Shown: positions 33,021 to 43,300, numbered from the stretch's first letter. The stretch is 46,184 nt of DNA from an uncultured Clostridia bacterium (GCA_944392505.1 CALXWU010000003.1:1-46184), one strand, 5' to 3'. Numbers and translations are program-made. The notes: generated from the sequence alone by a model not told the origin.

Positions 33021-33057
33021 AAAAACCGTTATAAGATTTATCTTATAACGGTTTTTT
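33021..33057 (+). terminator. Intrinsic terminator of rny
   Basis: AAAAACCGTTATAAGAT-TT-ATCTTATAACGGTTTTT stem followed by Ts. Confidence 0.85.
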
Positions 33058-33155
33058 GTGTTACTATTGAATATTTTAACTCCTTCTGGTATGATATATA
33101 AAAATAAAATATGTATGATTTAATGGCAGAATGGGCATAATGTAAGAGAAGAAAG

Positions 33156-34028
33156 GTGAAAAATATGCAAGAATTAACACTAATTTTAGAAGGCGGAGCT
33201 TTAAGAAGTGTATACACCTCAGGAGTATTAGATGTTTTAATGAAATATAAAATCGAAGCAAATTACATTCTAGGTGTATCTGCAGGAGCATTAACAGGAA
33301 TGAATTATGTATCAAAACAACCAAAAAGATCTGCAGAGATTAATATTGAATATTGTGATAATCCAAGATATATAGGAATAAAAGCATTAAGAAAAGAAAA
33401 AGGATTTATTGGATATGATTATTTATTTAATGAAATATCTAAAAAAGAGAATCCATTTGATTTTGAAACTTTTAAAAGGTCAGAGCAAAAGTTTATTTCG
33501 GTTATATCAAATTGTGAAAAAGGCATAACAGAATATGTGGAGAAAAACGATTGTAAAGATGGTATATTTAAAGTAGTACAGGCCTCATCCAGTATGCCGT
33601 TATTTTCAAAAACAGTAAAAATTGGTAATTATCATTATTTAGATGGGGCAGTAACTATGCCAATACCAGTAGATTGGGCATTAGAAAGAGGTCACAAAAA
33701 TATACTTGTAGTTCTTACTAGAGATAGAGAATATAGAAAGCCTGAAGTTTCAAATGCAATGAAAAGAGTATACAAAAGAGTATATCGCAAATATCCAAAA
33801 TTAGTAGAAAAATTATGCACAATGCCAGAGAGATATAATAACATAAAAGTACATATCAATGACTTAGAAAAACAAGGCAGAATAATGGTAATTGCACCTA
33901 AAACTCCTGTAACTGTTTCAAGACTAGAAAAAGATAAAGAAAAGCTAAAAAAACTATATGAAGATGGTAAAAATGATATGGAGGAAAAAATCAATTTATT
34001 AGAAAGATTAATAAATCAGGAGGGATAG
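33156..34028 (+). CDS. Patatin-like phospholipase
   Basis: LEGGALR, GVSAG, ASSSMP and YLDGA motifs. Start is GTG 33156 or ATG 33165. Confidence 0.9.
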   Translation: MKNMQELTLILEGGALRSVYTSGVLDVLMKYKIEANYILGVSAGALTGMNYVSKQPKRSAEINIEYCDNPRYIGIKALRKEKGFIGYDYLFNEISKKENPFDFETFKRSEQKFISVISNCEKGITEYVEKNDCKDGIFKVVQASSSMPLFSKTVKIGNYHYLDGAVTMPIPVDWALERGHKNILVVLTRDREYRKPEVSNAMKRVYKRVYRKYPKLVEKLCTMPERYNNIKVHINDLEKQGRIMVIAPKTPVTVSRLEKDKEKLKKLYEDGKNDMEEKINLLERLINQEG

Positions 34029-34037
34029 AATCACATA

Positions 34038-35411
34038 ATGAATGGAATTTATATTTCTGGGAATATAGCTGTTTTAATTATTCTTTCTATTTGTATCTAT
34101 ATTATAATTTCAAATAATAAAAAACAAAATCAACTATTTGAATATGCATATGTAGATCCAATAACGAAAAAAGGAAACATATATTATTTCAAAAAAAAAG
34201 GGCAAGAAATACTGGGAAAAAGGAAGTCAAATGAAATAGAGTTTAAACAATATATTCTGGTACTAGATATCAATAAATTTAAAATGATAAACAAAACATA
34301 TGGATATAAAGTAGGAGATGTTATCCTTAAAGGAATTGCAGAAGAACTAGAAAATCTGTTAGGAAAAGAAAGTTTAATATGTAGATTATCAAATGACTAT
34401 TTTGTAGCATTATTCGAATTTAAAGAAAATATTCATTATCTGTTAGAGGAAATGGTTAGGCACATTGAAAACTTGAAAGTAGGAGATACTGTATATAGTC
34501 TTTCTACAAATACAGGAGTATATAAATTAACAAATGAAGATAGAAATATTTCAGAGATATTGGATAGAGCTATCATGGCACATTCAGCCTCAAAGGGAGA
34601 AGTATTTGAGAAGTTTCATATATTTGACGAGAAAATAGAGGAAGAATTAGAAAAGGAAAGCAAGATAGAGCATGAAATGTATCAGGCTTTAAAGGATAGG
34701 GAATTTAAAGTATTTTATCAACCAAAATTTGATGCAAAAGCGGAAACACTATATGGAGCAGAGGCTTTAGTTAGATGGGAACATAAAGGTGAGATGATAC
34801 CTCCAAGCGAATTTATACCATTATTTGAGAAAAATAAGTTTATCTTGCAATTAGATTTATATATTTTTGAGCAAGTGTGTAGTGACATAAAAATGTGGAA
34901 AGAACAACTTGGAGTAGAGCCTGTTATCTCTGTAAATATATCAAGAGCACATTTTTTAGAGGATGATTTCTTGAAAAAATATATGTTGATAACCTCTAAA
35001 TATGGGATAAACACAAATAAGATAGATTTTGAGATAACAGAAAGTGCTACTATAGAAGCGGGAATCAATATCATTGAAATAATGAGAAATATAAAAAAGT
35101 TGGGCTTTCTTATATCAATTGATGATTTTGGAACAGGTTATTCGTCATTAAGTACTATTCAAGATATGCCTGCAGATATTTTAAAGATTGATAAGTCATT
35201 TGTAGATGGAATTGGCAGAAGTGAGAAAAATATAATAGATTATATTCTAACCATGGCTAAGGAATTAAACCTTATGACAATAGCAGAGGGAGTGGAAACA
35301 AAAGAGCAGCGAGACTATCTTTTAGCAAGAGGTTGTGATATAATTCAAGGATATTATTATGCAAAACCAATGCCAAAGGATGAATTTGAAGGATACCTAA
35401 AACAAAACTAG
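34038..35411 (+). CDS. Membrane-anchored GGDEF-EAL protein (likely c-di-GMP phosphodiesterase)
   Basis: GGDEF site degenerate (RLSNDYF). EAL domain intact: EALVRW, EITES, DDFGTGYSSL, KIDKSF, AEGVET, QGYYY. Confidence 0.9.
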   Translation: MNGIYISGNIAVLIILSICIYIIISNNKKQNQLFEYAYVDPITKKGNIYYFKKKGQEILGKRKSNEIEFKQYILVLDINKFKMINKTYGYKVGDVILKGIAEELENLLGKESLICRLSNDYFVALFEFKENIHYLLEEMVRHIENLKVGDTVYSLSTNTGVYKLTNEDRNISEILDRAIMAHSASKGEVFEKFHIFDEKIEEELEKESKIEHEMYQALKDREFKVFYQPKFDAKAETLYGAEALVRWEHKGEMIPPSEFIPLFEKNKFILQLDLYIFEQVCSDIKMWKEQLGVEPVISVNISRAHFLEDDFLKKYMLITSKYGINTNKIDFEITESATIEAGINIIEIMRNIKKLGFLISIDDFGTGYSSLSTIQDMPADILKIDKSFVDGIGRSEKNIIDYILTMAKELNLMTIAEGVETKEQRDYLLARGCDIIQGYYYAKPMPKDEFEGYLKQN

Positions 35412-35474
35412 AAGAAAACTTAAATTGATTCTTAATTGTAATTTTAAACAAAAAGTAAAAATATACAAAACATA

Positions 35475-35503
35475 TTGACAACTACAAACAAATGTTTTAT
35501 AAT
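35475..35503 (+). promoter_or_regulatory. Consensus SigA promoter
   Basis: TTGACA-17 bp-TATAAT, perfect consensus. Confidence 0.8.
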
Positions 35504-35509
35504 ATTACA

Positions 35510-35634
35510 AGATTTGATACAATGTTTTTATTGCATAGGAAATTTCGTCAGAAATTTCCGGAGCAACAAGGTTAAGTTACTTTGGGCCGTGCGTATTTGT
35601 GAAGCAAAACGCACATGTGGCGAAGCCACTTTTC
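35510..35634 (+). ncRNA. Candidate structured leader RNA / small RNA
   Basis: Three hairpins after a perfect promoter: GGAAATTTC/GAAATTTCC, GTGCGT..TTTG/CAAA.ACGCAC, and GTGGC-GAA-GCCAC followed by TTTT. Confidence 0.45.
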
Positions 35635-35658
35635 TTATAAAAGCAAGGATGTGATATT

Positions 35659-36630
35659 ATGGAACAAAATAATAATATCGTACCAAAAAATGAAGAATTA
35701 GACGAAGCAATTTATGATAAAGAAAAAATTAAAAATCTAATTTATAATATTAGAGGAAAGCAAGTGATGTTAGATAGCGATGTTGCTAGGCTATATCATT
35801 ATGAAACAAAGAGAATAAATGAAACAGTTCAAAGAAATAAAGCAAGGTTTCCAGAAAATTTTTGTTTTCAATTAACTGAGGAAGAAACTGAATCTCTAAG
35901 GTCTGAATTTGTAACATTAAGTTTAGAACAAGAAACTAACTGGTCGCAAATTGCGACCAGTTCAATAAAAAGAAAAAGTAAACATAGAGGGAAATCTTAT
36001 TTACCATACGCATTCACAGAACAAGGCATTGCGATGCTTTCAGGGTTGTTGAAAAACAGAATAGCAATTCAGGTAAGCATAAATATTATGAATGCTTTTG
36101 TTGAAATGCGAAAATTCATAACAAATAATGGACAAATATTTCAAGAGATAAGTAACATAAAAGGTCATCTATTAGAACATGATAAAAAATTCGATATGGT
36201 TTTTAATGAATTGCAAAAAGAGAAAGAAACAGAATTTAAACAAAAAATATTTTTTGACGGACAAATTTATGACGCATATAGTTTAATTGTAGACATCATA
36301 AAAAAGGCAAAAGAAAAAATTTTAATTGTTGATAATTATATAGATGATAGTATTTTAAAAATGTTAGCATTAAAAAATAAGAATGTCACGATAGTAATTA
36401 TAACATCACAAAATAGTAATTTGATAAAATTGGATATAAATAAATTCAACAAACAATATCCATCATTGCAGATAGCATATTCTAACAAATTTCATGATAG
36501 ATTTATATTAATAGATAATAAGGAATTATATCATATAGGAGCATCCTTAAAGGATATTGGAAAGAAATGTTTCGCTATTAATAAAATAGAAGATAGTAAG
36601 TTTATTGAATTTGTAACAAAGATTAATTGA
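35659..36630 (+). CDS. ORF6N (KilA-N-like) domain protein with a C-terminal PLD-like domain
   Basis: IRGKQVMLDSDVARLY, VQRNKARFPENFCFQLT and PYAFTEQGIAMLS; C-terminal IVDNYID, FHDRFILID and GASLKD. Confidence 0.88.
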   Translation: MEQNNNIVPKNEELDEAIYDKEKIKNLIYNIRGKQVMLDSDVARLYHYETKRINETVQRNKARFPENFCFQLTEEETESLRSEFVTLSLEQETNWSQIATSSIKRKSKHRGKSYLPYAFTEQGIAMLSGLLKNRIAIQVSINIMNAFVEMRKFITNNGQIFQEISNIKGHLLEHDKKFDMVFNELQKEKETEFKQKIFFDGQIYDAYSLIVDIIKKAKEKILIVDNYIDDSILKMLALKNKNVTIVIITSQNSNLIKLDINKFNKQYPSLQIAYSNKFHDRFILIDNKELYHIGASLKDIGKKCFAINKIEDSKFIEFVTKIN

Positions 36631-36663
36631 TTTATAAAGAGCAAAAGAATGGAGTGAAATTTT

Positions 36664-37557
36664 ATGATAAAAATAGACGAATTTACATATGAAATAGAGA
36701 CAAAAGATATAAAGGATAAATTTGCACAAAGACCAAGTGATACCAATAAAGGAGATTATGGATATGTTGGAATCATGGGAGGAAGTTTAGAATATTCTGG
36801 TGCAGTAAAATTGGCGAACTTGAGTGCATCCGCAATGAGAGCCGGTTGTGGTGTAGTTAGGCTTATTGTACCAAAGGGGATTTCGACAGCAGTAGCACCT
36901 TATTTACTAGAGCAAACCATGTTTACAATAGATGACGAAAATAATAAAATGAAATTTAATAAGGACGAGATTGATAAAGCTCTAAATAAACTAAAAGCCT
37001 TGGCAATAGGTATGGGTTGGGGACAGAGTAAAGAATATGAGAAAATATTAGAATATATTTTGCAAAATTATGACTTGCCATTGATAATAGATGCAGATGG
37101 ATTAAATACATTATCCGAAATGAATATGGACATTTTGAAAAATACAAAATGCAGAGTGATTTTGACACCTCACCTAAAAGAATTTGAGAGATTAAGCAAA
37201 ATTAGTTTAGAAGAAATAAAACAAAATGAGATAATTACTGCAAAAGAGTTTGCTAGAAATTACAATATCATCTTGTTATTAAAAGGTCCAACTACAATAG
37301 TGACTGATGGAATAAAAGTATATCTGATAAAAAGAGGATGTAGTGGAATGGCAACAGCAGGAAGTGGAGATGTCCTTTCTGGAATTCTAGTAGGCTTATT
37401 AGGATATAATGCGCCAGATGAATTAACAGTTGCAGCAGGAGCATATCTAAATGGAACAGCAGGAGAATTAGCACAAGAAAAGTATACAGATATAAGTATG
37501 ATAGCTTCTGATACAATAAAATGTTTACCAGAAGCAATAAAAATTATAAGAAATTAA
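36664..37557 (+). CDS. nnrD: ADP-dependent NAD(P)H-hydrate dehydratase
   Basis: NKGDYG, GGSLEYSGA, IDADGLN, LTPHLKEF, LLKG and MATAGSGDVLSG motifs. Confidence 0.92.
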   Translation: MIKIDEFTYEIETKDIKDKFAQRPSDTNKGDYGYVGIMGGSLEYSGAVKLANLSASAMRAGCGVVRLIVPKGISTAVAPYLLEQTMFTIDDENNKMKFNKDEIDKALNKLKALAIGMGWGQSKEYEKILEYILQNYDLPLIIDADGLNTLSEMNMDILKNTKCRVILTPHLKEFERLSKISLEEIKQNEIITAKEFARNYNIILLLKGPTTIVTDGIKVYLIKRGCSGMATAGSGDVLSGILVGLLGYNAPDELTVAAGAYLNGTAGELAQEKYTDISMIASDTIKCLPEAIKIIRN

Positions 37558-37569
37558 TTTTAGGAGGTT

Positions 37570-37785
37570 ATGTTTATGAAAGAAATATGTTTAAAAATCA
37601 AAGGAATGCACTGTGAAGGATGTAGTACAAGACTAGCAAAAGTATTAAATAATCAAGAGGGAGTAAAGGAAGCAAAGGTTAGTCTAGAAAAGGCTGAGGC
37701 TAACATTACATTTGATGAAGCTAAAATTAATGTAAATGAATTAAAAGAAGCTGTTGAAGATGCAGGATTTGAAGCAGAAGAATAA
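37570..37785 (+). CDS. copZ: Copper chaperone (HMA domain)
   Basis: GMHCEGC metal-binding motif, directly upstream of a P1B ATPase. Confidence 0.9.
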   Translation: MFMKEICLKIKGMHCEGCSTRLAKVLNNQEGVKEAKVSLEKAEANITFDEAKINVNELKEAVEDAGFEAEE

Positions 37786-37803
37786 AAAAGATGAGGAGAT
37801 AAA

Positions 37804-40044
37804 ATGAAAAAGGTTTTATTAAAGATTGATGGTATGACTTGTAGTGCTTGCTCTAGTGGTTTAGAAAAATACTTAAACAAGCAAGATGGAATAATAAATG
37901 CAACTGTAAATCTTGTTATGAATAACGCTAGTGTAGAGTATGATGAGAAAAAGTTGGATTTACCTCAAATAGAAAAGTTTGTGCAAAAAGCCGGATTTGA
38001 AAGTTTAGGAATAGATAATTTACAAAGAGAGGAAAAGAAAAAAAGTAGAGAAAAGTATAAATTATGGGGTTTTACAATTATTGCTATTCTAACCCTATAT
38101 ATTGCAATGGGGCATATGATAGGAATTCCAGAAATTCCGTTTTTGTCTATGCATGGCAGTCCAATTAATTATACAATCGCTCTGTTAATTTTAAGTGTTG
38201 TAGCCATTGTATTAGGCTGGGATATTCTAAAAAATGGATACAAGAACCTAATTCATAAAACTGCTAACATGGATACTTTAGTGGGATTAGGTGTTTTAAG
38301 TAGCTTTATTTATAGTATTTATGGTACATATATGATCTTTAAAGGACATCATGAATATGTGGAAAATTTATATTATGAATCTGCTGTGATAATTCTTTTC
38401 TTTATTCATATTGGAAGATATGTAGAAGCTCGAAACAAGGACAAAACAAAAGAAGCTATACAGAGTTTAATGATGATTACTCCAAATAAGGCTACTGTCT
38501 TAAAAGACGGAAAAGAAATACAAGTAACCTTAGATGAAATACATAAAGGAGATATCGTTGTTTGTAAGCCGGGAGAAAAGATAGCTGTTGATGGTGAAAT
38601 TGTAGATGGAGTTACACATATAGATGAATCTTTTGTTACTGGAGAAAGTATGCCTTCGAAAAAAGAAGTCGGCAGTAAAGTTATTGCAGGTAGTATTAAT
38701 TATGAAGGAGCTATAAAGTATAAAGCAGAAAAAATAGGTAAAGAATCTACTGTTTCAGAAATAGTTAGAATGGTCGTAGAAGCAACAAACACAAAAGCAC
38801 CTATTGCTAAAATAGCAGATAAAATAAGTGGGTATTTTGTTCCAGCAATTATCGTAATAGCCATTTTATCTGCAATAATATGGCTCATAATTGGGCAAAC
38901 TCCAGCTTTTGCAATAAATGTGTTTATCACTGTTTTAGTTGTAGCATGCCCATGTAGTTTGGGCTTAGCTACTCCATTAGCAATTGTAGTTTCATCAGGT
39001 GTGGCCAGTAAAGAAGGAATCCTTATAAAAAATAGTGAAAGCTTAGAGAATGCTCATAAGGTTAAGACTGTTGTTTTTGATAAAACGGGAACACTTACAA
39101 AAGGTAAACTTAGTGTAAGTAAAATGTTTAATTATAAGGAAGAAGCTATTGCAAATATTCCGGTTGATACAGACGAAGATGTAATAAGAATAGTTGCAAG
39201 TATTGAGAATAAATCTGAACACCCAATAGCAAGAGGAATTGTAAATTTTGCTAAAGAACAGAACATAGAATTAGAAGAAGTAGAAAACTTTAAAAATATT
39301 GCAGGTTATGGAGTAAGTGCAGAGTATAGTAATAACAAATATTTAATTGGTAATAGTAAATTAATGAAAGAAAATAGTGTAAATATTAATGCTGCAATAA
39401 AAGATGAAGAGGAATTAGAAAAAGATGGAAATAGTATTCTGTTTGTAGCAGAGAGCATCCAAGAAGAAAATAAATTTAAGTTAATAGCTTTATTCGGTGT
39501 AAAAGACATTATAAAAGATTCTGCCGCAGATGTAGTAGAAAAATTGCAAGAACATAATACTAATGTTGTAATGCTTACAGGAGATAATGAAAAAACAGCT
39601 AAAGCTATTGCAAACCAAATTGGCATCAAACAAGTAATTGCAAATGTGCTTCCGAAAGAAAAAGCCGAAAAGATTAAAGAATTAAAAGAAAATGGCTTAG
39701 TAATGATGTGTGGCGATGGTATAAATGACAGCGTAAGCCTTGTTACAGCTGACATAGGAGTAGCAGTGGGTAGTGGAACAGATATTGCAATGGATAGTAG
39801 TGATGTTGTCCTTATACAAGATGATTTGGAAAAAATTTCAGAACTCATGAAAATTAGCAAAAGAACAATTAGAAATATAAAACAAAATTTATTTTGGGCG
39901 TTTTTCTATAATATATGTATGCTTCCAATAGCAATGGGAGTGTTCAGCTTCTGGGGATTAACCATGAATCCAATGTTTGCTTCTCTAGCAATGACTTTAA
40001 GTAGTATAACAGTTACAATAAATAGTTTAAGATTAAGAAAATAA
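37804..40044 (+). CDS. copA: Copper-translocating P1B-type ATPase
   Basis: GMTCSAC, TGES, CPC, DKTGT, SEHP, GDGIND and YN...P motifs. Confidence 0.93.
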   Translation: MKKVLLKIDGMTCSACSSGLEKYLNKQDGIINATVNLVMNNASVEYDEKKLDLPQIEKFVQKAGFESLGIDNLQREEKKKSREKYKLWGFTIIAILTLYIAMGHMIGIPEIPFLSMHGSPINYTIALLILSVVAIVLGWDILKNGYKNLIHKTANMDTLVGLGVLSSFIYSIYGTYMIFKGHHEYVENLYYESAVIILFFIHIGRYVEARNKDKTKEAIQSLMMITPNKATVLKDGKEIQVTLDEIHKGDIVVCKPGEKIAVDGEIVDGVTHIDESFVTGESMPSKKEVGSKVIAGSINYEGAIKYKAEKIGKESTVSEIVRMVVEATNTKAPIAKIADKISGYFVPAIIVIAILSAIIWLIIGQTPAFAINVFITVLVVACPCSLGLATPLAIVVSSGVASKEGILIKNSESLENAHKVKTVVFDKTGTLTKGKLSVSKMFNYKEEAIANIPVDTDEDVIRIVASIENKSEHPIARGIVNFAKEQNIELEEVENFKNIAGYGVSAEYSNNKYLIGNSKLMKENSVNINAAIKDEEELEKDGNSILFVAESIQEENKFKLIALFGVKDIIKDSAADVVEKLQEHNTNVVMLTGDNEKTAKAIANQIGIKQVIANVLPKEKAEKIKELKENGLVMMCGDGINDSVSLVTADIGVAVGSGTDIAMDSSDVVLIQDDLEKISELMKISKRTIRNIKQNLFWAFFYNICMLPIAMGVFSFWGLTMNPMFASLAMTLSSITVTINSLRLRK

Positions 40045-40054
40045 ATTCTTGCAT

Positions 40055-40104
40055 AATACAATAAAATCTGCTATTATTTATCCAGTAGCAGATTTTATTG
40101 TATT
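40055..40104 (+). terminator. 19-bp stem inverted repeat after copA
   Basis: AATACAATAAAATCTGCTA / TAGCAGATTTTATTGTATT. Confidence 0.7.
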
Positions 40105-40154
40105 GAAAAATAATAATTTCTTTTTTAATAGAAATCACATGAAGAAAGGCAATA

Positions 40155-40190
40155 GGTTTATAGGTAAATCCAATTTAAAAACCTAAATAT
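40155..40190 (+). promoter_or_regulatory. Conserved 5'-UTR motif, copy 3 (upstream of AI-2E transporter)
   Basis: GGTTTATAGGTAAATCCAATTTAAAAACCTAAATAT. Confidence 0.5.
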
Positions 40191-40207
40191 ATTATACAAG
40201 GAATATT

Positions 40208-41401
40208 ATGAAAATGAATCTGAACAAGGAAAATACAAATCAAATTATAAAAATTGTTGTAATCGCAATTATACTATTAGTAGCACTTTTAAATATTAGT
40301 TCATTATGGAATGGCTTCAAAGTATTTTTAAATATCATCTCACCATTTTTATGGGGATTAGCGATTGCCTTTATTTTAAATATTTTTATGACTCTTTATG
40401 AAAATAAATTATTTAAAATTGGACAAGATAAGAAAAAACGAGGAATAAGAGATGATAAAAAGAGTAAAGGAAAATCAAATATAAAGAAAAATAGGTTTGA
40501 CAGACCTTTTGCAATATTTTTATCAATAATCACAATAATAGCTATTATAGGTATTATACTAATTTTGATTATTCCACAATTTGTTGATGTTATTACTAAT
40601 TTAATTAGAAACATTCCTAATTTCTTAGAAGATTTAAAGAATTTCGCAATGGATTTGACTGAAAAATTCCCGGAAGCGAATAATTTTATTCAGAACATAA
40701 ATATTGATACTGAAGCATTAAGAAATGGAATAATGAATTTATCTTTAGATGTTTTAGATATAACCATAAATCAAGTGTCTGGAATAATAACTGGATTTGT
40801 TAACTTTATTATAGCAGTTATTTTTGCAATATATATCTTAGCAAATAAAGAAGAACTAAAACTACAGGCAAAAAAATTCATATATGCTCGTTTAGACAAG
40901 GAAAAGGCAGATCATGTTATAAAAGTTAGTAGACTTGCAAGAGATTCTTTTAGAAGTTTCTTAACAGGTCAAGCAAAAGAAGCTGTTATATTAGGTTCAT
41001 TGTGTGCGATTGGAATGTTAATATTAAATATTCCATATGCCGGGCCAATAGGGGCATTGACTGCATTAACTGCTTTTATACCAATTGTAGGAGCATTTAT
41101 ATCTGGAGCTATTGGAGCAATCTTGATTTTAGCAGTAGATCCTATGAAAGCATTAGTATTTTTGATATTTATAATTATACTTCAACAAGTGGAAGGAAAT
41201 TTAATATATCCACATATAGTAGGTAAGAACATGGGCTTGCCAAGCATTTGGGTGTTAGTTGCAATTACGATAGGAGGAAGTTTATTTGGAATAATGGGAA
41301 TGATAATTGGGCTTCCAATAGTTTCGGTAATTTATGCAATTATAGTAGAAAATACAAATAGAAAACTACAAGAAAAAAATATAGAAAAAGAATTTATATA
41401 A
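40208..41401 (+). CDS. AI-2E family transporter
   Basis: PFLWGLAIAFILN, FIPIVGAFI, LQQVEGNLIYPHIVG and GGSLFGIMGMIIGLP motifs. Confidence 0.92.
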   Translation: MKMNLNKENTNQIIKIVVIAIILLVALLNISSLWNGFKVFLNIISPFLWGLAIAFILNIFMTLYENKLFKIGQDKKKRGIRDDKKSKGKSNIKKNRFDRPFAIFLSIITIIAIIGIILILIIPQFVDVITNLIRNIPNFLEDLKNFAMDLTEKFPEANNFIQNINIDTEALRNGIMNLSLDVLDITINQVSGIITGFVNFIIAVIFAIYILANKEELKLQAKKFIYARLDKEKADHVIKVSRLARDSFRSFLTGQAKEAVILGSLCAIGMLILNIPYAGPIGALTALTAFIPIVGAFISGAIGAILILAVDPMKALVFLIFIIILQQVEGNLIYPHIVGKNMGLPSIWVLVAITIGGSLFGIMGMIIGLPIVSVIYAIIVENTNRKLQEKNIEKEFI

Positions 41402-41464
41402 ATTTTAAACTTTTTTTGTTCCTTAAGTATCTAATAAGATATATAGCACAAAAGGAGAAAAAAT

Positions 41465-42262
41465 ATGGCAATGAAAAATGCAAAAAGGAGTAGTAAAAAT
41501 ATAGTTATATCATCTCTTGTCCCAATAATACTATTATTAATTATGGGAAGCGTTATAGGAAAAAATTGGCCTAAAGAAAATATGGAAAATCAAACAATCA
41601 CACCAAACGAAACAACAAATAATGTGGATATTTCTAGCCAAGCAGGAGAGAATAACGAAGAACCTACTAAAGAATCAGAAACAACAAACAATAAAGTTAA
41701 GTTTGATGAAACTATTGCTTTCATTGGCAATTCGAGAACACAAGGCTTTATAATGTATAATGGACTTACTAAAGTCCAAGATTATACATATATTGGACTT
41801 ATGGTGGATACTGCCATGACAAAGGAGTTTGTGAAGACTGGTAATGGTGAAAAAATAACATTACTCCAAGATATGAAAAACAAGAACATTAAGAAAGTAT
41901 ATATAATGCTTGGAATAAATGAATTAGGATGGTCATATCCAAGTGTGTTTAAATTAAAATATGAAGAATTAATTGATGAGATAAGAAAAGTAAAGCCAGA
42001 TTGTGATATTTATGTTCAATCCATTATACCAGTAACTAAAAGTAAAGACAAAACAGATAAGATATATAACAATACTAATGTTAGAAAGTTTAATAAATTA
42101 ATAAAAGAAGTAGCAAATGAAAAAAATGTTAAATATCTAGATGTGCAATCTGTATTAACTGATAATGAAGGATATTTGCCAGAAGATGCAAGCACGGACG
42201 GAATTCATATAGGCAAAAAATATTGTGAAAAATGGTTAAACTATTTAAAAAACAATCCATGA
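41465..42262 (+). CDS. Membrane-anchored SGNH/GDSL hydrolase-family protein
   Basis: FIGNSRT, MLGINE and DGIH motifs. Confidence 0.85.
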   Translation: MAMKNAKRSSKNIVISSLVPIILLLIMGSVIGKNWPKENMENQTITPNETTNNVDISSQAGENNEEPTKESETTNNKVKFDETIAFIGNSRTQGFIMYNGLTKVQDYTYIGLMVDTAMTKEFVKTGNGEKITLLQDMKNKNIKKVYIMLGINELGWSYPSVFKLKYEELIDEIRKVKPDCDIYVQSIIPVTKSKDKTDKIYNNTNVRKFNKLIKEVANEKNVKYLDVQSVLTDNEGYLPEDASTDGIHIGKKYCEKWLNYLKNNP

Positions 42263-42304
42263 GATATTGATTAATTATCATGGTTTGGATAGAATATAAA
42301 AAGG

Positions 42305-42799
42305 GTGGTTAAAATGAATAGAAAAGTATTGATTTCAATAATTGTAATTGTGGCTATTGTGGCAATTGTAGGGGTAATAGTATTAGTAAATAATAGAAAT
42401 TCTAATATACAAATAGATATAGAAGAATTATCTACCCAAATAATTGAAAGTGGAGCTTTTTCAGATGAACTTGCAAAAGTTGATAGTCAAATGGTTATGA
42501 ATGATTATAGTTTTACAAGTGATGAAATTAAGGCAATTGTATCGTATCAAGGAAGTGGAGCTACAAGTGAAGAGCTTGTAATATTAGAAGTAAATGATAA
42601 GAGCTTTTTAAGTAGTGTAAAAAACAAAGTAAATACAAGACTAGATGAAAGAAAAGAAGCTTTTGAGAGCTATTTGCCAGCAGAAGTATTTAAAATAGAC
42701 AATAGTTTGCTAGAAGTTAAAGGAAATTATTTAATTATGTGTATATCGAATGATTCAAATAAAGTAAATGAGGTAATAAACAATTATATAAAAGAATAG
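42305..42799 (+). CDS. DUF4358-like membrane-anchored protein
   Basis: N-terminal TM; SGATSEELVILEV...FESYLPAE...GNYLIMCIS. Start may be ATG 42314. Confidence 0.7.
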   Translation: MVKMNRKVLISIIVIVAIVAIVGVIVLVNNRNSNIQIDIEELSTQIIESGAFSDELAKVDSQMVMNDYSFTSDEIKAIVSYQGSGATSEELVILEVNDKSFLSSVKNKVNTRLDERKEAFESYLPAEVFKIDNSLLEVKGNYLIMCISNDSNKVNEVINNYIKE

Positions 42800-42808
42800 G
42801 GGATATAG

Positions 42809-43300
42809 ATGTCACATGTAGCTCAAGAAAAACTAATAGAATATATTAAAACAAATCAAAACAAGCTATATAAGGTAGCATTTACATATACAAGAAACGA
42901 AGAAGCAGCACTTGATGCTATTCAAGAAGCTATAACGAAAGCACTGGAAAATATAGAAAAACTAAAGAAAGAGGAATATGTTAATACATGGTTTTATAGA
43001 ATTCTAATTAATGAAGCACTAAAATCAAGTAAAAAATATAGAAACTATACAGAATTGGAATTAATAGAAAATGAAACATATGTAAATTCTAATGAAGAAA
43101 AAATAGTTGAAAATATAGACATGTATAACATTATTCAAAAATTAAATTACAAACTAAAGACGGTAATTGTTCTTAGATTTTTTGAAAACATGAAAATTGA
43201 AGAGATAGCTTTTATAACTAAGACCAATATAAGTACAGTGAAATCAAGGCTATATAAGGCAATTAAGGAGATTAAATTAAATTTGAATGAAAAGACATGA
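42809..43300 (+). CDS. ECF sigma factor, SigV-like
   Basis: LYKVAFTY...DAIQEA...TWFYRILIN and LRFFENMKIEEIA...STVKSRLYKA. Confidence 0.9.
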   Translation: MSHVAQEKLIEYIKTNQNKLYKVAFTYTRNEEAALDAIQEAITKALENIEKLKKEEYVNTWFYRILINEALKSSKKYRNYTELELIENETYVNSNEEKIVENIDMYNIIQKLNYKLKTVIVLRFFENMKIEEIAFITKTNISTVKSRLYKAIKEIKLNLNEKT

